DNA of 51,565 nucleotides from Thermodesulfobacteriota bacterium (GTDB taxonomy: Bacteria; Desulfobacterota; Desulfobacteria; Desulfobacterales; SURF-7): positions 1-51,565 of the forward strand of contig JBMORA010000059.1 in the NCBI GenBank assembly GCA_049320885.1. Direction: 5' to 3'. Of this stretch, positions 49,360-51,565 are shown piece by piece (position 1 is the stretch's first letter; each line of letters begins with the position of its first letter). The position numbers were made by a program, and so were the translations under genes. The notes below the pieces were generated by a model. That model had not been told where the DNA came from. It saw only the letters and a program-made list of their open reading frames with translations, and searched no databases.

Positions 49360-50712
49360 TTAAAAAACTGCCTGAACCTTTTTCAAGGTGTTTTCCACCA
49401 GGGTGCGAATTTCTTTCAGACGCTGCTCTGTCATGGCTTCGAATCGCAGCACCAGCGCCGGCTGGGTATTGGAGGCCCGGACAAGTCCCCAGCCGTCCGG
49501 GAATAAAACCCGGGCGCCGTCGATATCGATGACATCGAATTGTTCCCGGAACAACCGGGTGACGCGTTCGATCACTTCGAATTTTATATGGTCCGGACAT
49601 TCCACTCTGATTTCCGGTGTCGTGAACGTCCTGGGAAGGTCGGCCAGCAGTGCGGAAAGGGGCTTGCCGGTATCGGCCAGAATTTCAAGCAACCGGCAGG
49701 AGGCATAAATGGCGTCATCAAATCCGAAATAGCGGTCGGCGAAAAACATATGCCCGCTCATCTCGCCGGCCAATTCGGCTTTTTCTTCCTTCATCTTTTT
49801 CTTGATGAGGGAATGGCCGGTACGCCACATAATCGCCTTGCCGCCGTTCCTGACAATGTCATCGTACATGGTTTTGGAGCACTTCACTTCCGAGATGAAC
49901 GTCGCCCCCGGTTTTCTGCCGAGGATTTCTCTTGAAAAAATAATGATGAGTTGGTCGCCGAAAACCAGCCGGCCGGTTTCATCAACGACACCGATTCGGT
50001 CCGCGTCGCCATCGTACCCAATGCCGATATCCAGCTTTTTCGACAGTACCAGCCGGATCAAATCCTGCATGTTGCCGATAACGGTCGGGTCGGCTTCGTG
50101 ATGGGGAAAATTGCCATCCATTTCGCAATACAGGTCATGCACTTCGCAGCCCAATTGTTTCAAGATCGGCACGGCCACAACCCCCCCCGTGCCGTTTCCG
50201 GCATCGATGCCGACCCGGATCGGCCGCTGGACGCGGATATTACCGAGCAGGTATTCCTCATAGGGTTTGCGGACATCCGCATGGGACAGCCGGCCGGTGC
50301 CGGTTGCAAAGGAACGGTCGGCGATGATGCGGCGGAGGGTCTGGATTTCCTGTCCGTGAATCGATTCGAGATCGCTGCATAGTTTAAAACCATTGTATTC
50401 AGGTGGGTTATGGCTAGCGGTGACCATCACGCCACCCCGGGTGGGCAACTGTTGAATGGAAAAATAAAACAAGGGGGTGGGACAAACACCAATGTCGATC
50501 ACGTCGCATCCGGTGGAGAGCAACCCTTCAATGATGTTGCGGGAATACTGCTCAGAAGTCAACCGGCAATCCCGCCCGACGGAGAGAGTCGTGCGGCCCA
50601 GCTGGGACAGATAGGTTCCCACCGCCTTGCCGATTAACAGCACATCCTCGTCGCCATAGTCTTTCCCCGCTATTCCTCTGATGTCATATTCTCTGAATAT
50701 TTCCGGATTCAT
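49360..50712 (-). CDS. Phosphomannomutase/phosphoglucomutase (AlgC-like)
   Basis: IFREYDIRG, TASHNP, DGDADR, GEMSGH and VRASNTQP; start ATG 50712. Confidence 0.95.
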   Translation of the reverse strand: MNPEIFREYDIRGIAGKDYGDEDVLLIGKAVGTYLSQLGRTTLSVGRDCRLTSEQYSRNIIEGLLSTGCDVIDIGVCPTPLFYFSIQQLPTRGGVMVTASHNPPEYNGFKLCSDLESIHGQEIQTLRRIIADRSFATGTGRLSHADVRKPYEEYLLGNIRVQRPIRVGIDAGNGTGGVVAVPILKQLGCEVHDLYCEMDGNFPHHEADPTVIGNMQDLIRLVLSKKLDIGIGYDGDADRIGVVDETGRLVFGDQLIIIFSREILGRKPGATFISEVKCSKTMYDDIVRNGGKAIMWRTGHSLIKKKMKEEKAELAGEMSGHMFFADRYFGFDDAIYASCRLLEILADTGKPLSALLADLPRTFTTPEIRVECPDHIKFEVIERVTRLFREQFDVIDIDGARVLFPDGWGLVRASNTQPALVLRFEAMTEQRLKEIRTLVENTLKKVQAVF

Positions 50713-50853
50713 ATGGACGCTTCCTGGCCATTTCCCGTTGCGCATCGCCGCGGAAACAACCGATATCGAGAGGTTTATGGTCATTATCAAATGGTTGCAT
50801 GCTTCGGCAGGAACCGAAAACCATTGCCCATATGACACGCATGCCCGTGGATG

Positions 50854-51565
50854 TCAATCCATATTACGGTGTCGTGGGAGGGTGTTATGACAGTTCGTAT
50901 GAGCGAAAACCCGGGACATCGGGATTCCGCAAATGAGGCAAAGAAACAAGATCTGCGCAAGCCAAGGGTTCCCGGCGCGCATGGAACCGATGAAACAGCC
51001 GCCGCCGCTTCCGCCGCTGTCTCCACCTCCGCTTGCACTTTGGGCCGGAACATCCTGACTGGTGGTGTGTTGGGCCGGTTCGTGGATATCCTCCCGGGCA
51101 GGTCCGAACGTCGTTACAATGACGCCGTTGGCGGCACCATCGTCGTCACCGGAACCTCCATCGGTCAGGGCCAGCCGTGCCATGGTTCCGGTTGTGTCCA
51201 TGGCGACTTTGCCGGTGATATTTTCCCAGCCTTCATAGGAGGAATAGGACAGCCACTGGAATTCCGGTTGCACCGCTTCGGGCAGAATGACATCCAGACC
51301 CACCGCCTCGCCAGGCGTATCCACCTGGATCGCCATATCGAAAAGTTGATTGGTAAAAATGGAAGAAAACTCCACACTCGGATCTATATCCACCGGATCA
51401 ACGATGTCGACATACACAAACACCGCGTTTCCTTTCAATTCAAAGTGGACCAGACCATCACCTGGAGCAGCGACCGTCCAATCCGGAGTCGCAGGCGGCG
51501 TGGTGGTTCCGGGCGTGGTGGTTCCGGGCGTGGTGGTTCCGGGCGTGGTGGTTCCGGGCGTGGTG
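50854..51565 (-). CDS. C-terminal part of a surface protein: Thr/Pro linker, choice-of-anchor U-like domain and Gly-rich GGGCFI sorting tail (5' end beyond the right edge)
   Basis: The frame is open from 51564 to the stop at 50854: (TTTPG)n...LTDGGSGDDDGAANGVI...GGSGGGCFI followed by a hydrophobic segment. Confidence 0.8.
   Translation of the reverse strand, partial: TTPGTTTPGTTTPGTTTPGTTTPPATPDWTVAAPGDGLVHFELKGNAVFVYVDIVDPVDIDPSVEFSSIFTNQLFDMAIQVDTPGEAVGLDVILPEAVQPEFQWLSYSSYEGWENITGKVAMDTTGTMARLALTDGGSGDDDGAANGVIVTTFGPAREDIHEPAQHTTSQDVPAQSASGGGDSGGSGGGCFIGSMRAGNPWLAQILFLCLICGIPMSRVFAHTNCHNTLPRHRNMD
51497..51565. repeat. 15-bp coding tandem repeat, at least 4.6 identical copies
   Basis: GGCGTGGTGGTTCCG at 51497, 51512, 51527, 51542 and partially at 51557; encodes a TTTPG repeat on the minus strand. 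Confidence 0.95.

Noticed and set aside
51497..51565. CRISPR array
   Set aside because: The 15-bp units are contiguous with no spacers and are in frame within a CDS; no cas genes are present.

Overview
This is a GC-rich, gene-dense chromosomal window, probably from an anaerobic Desulfobacterota (deltaproteobacterial) organism; that assignment is inferred from gene content only. From left to right it contains: a Cph1/Rcp1-type signalling trio that includes a degenerate GGDEF hybrid; a Liv-type ABC uptake operon with two acyl-CoA ligases; a PEP-CTERM protein; a radical SAM gene; DUF47-PiT phosphate uptake; XRE and MarR regulators with an SDR; moaA; a complex I-like operon; a TetR-RND efflux operon; adk; an RNase II-family gene; a TolB-like CxxCH lipoprotein; PMM/PGM; and the 3' end of a surface protein. 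The main finding lies at 22254-38252, a complex I-like operon (nuoABCDHIJK, two Mrp-type antiporter genes with a small membrane protein between them, nuoM, nuoN). It lacks nuoEF and has four antiporter-like subunits instead of three. Its NuoL-equivalent has a lateral helix about 26 residues longer than canonical. The operon ends in a cytoplasmic, NuoG-like formate dehydrogenase that the ORF track splits at an in-frame selenocysteine UGA followed by a SECIS-like hairpin, and moaA is transcribed divergently from it. Together these suggest a formate:quinone oxidoreductase (or quinol-driven CO2 reductase) with extra ion-pumping capacity. No rRNA, tRNA, CRISPR array or transposase was recognised. 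All family assignments come from motif recognition by eye, not from database searches.
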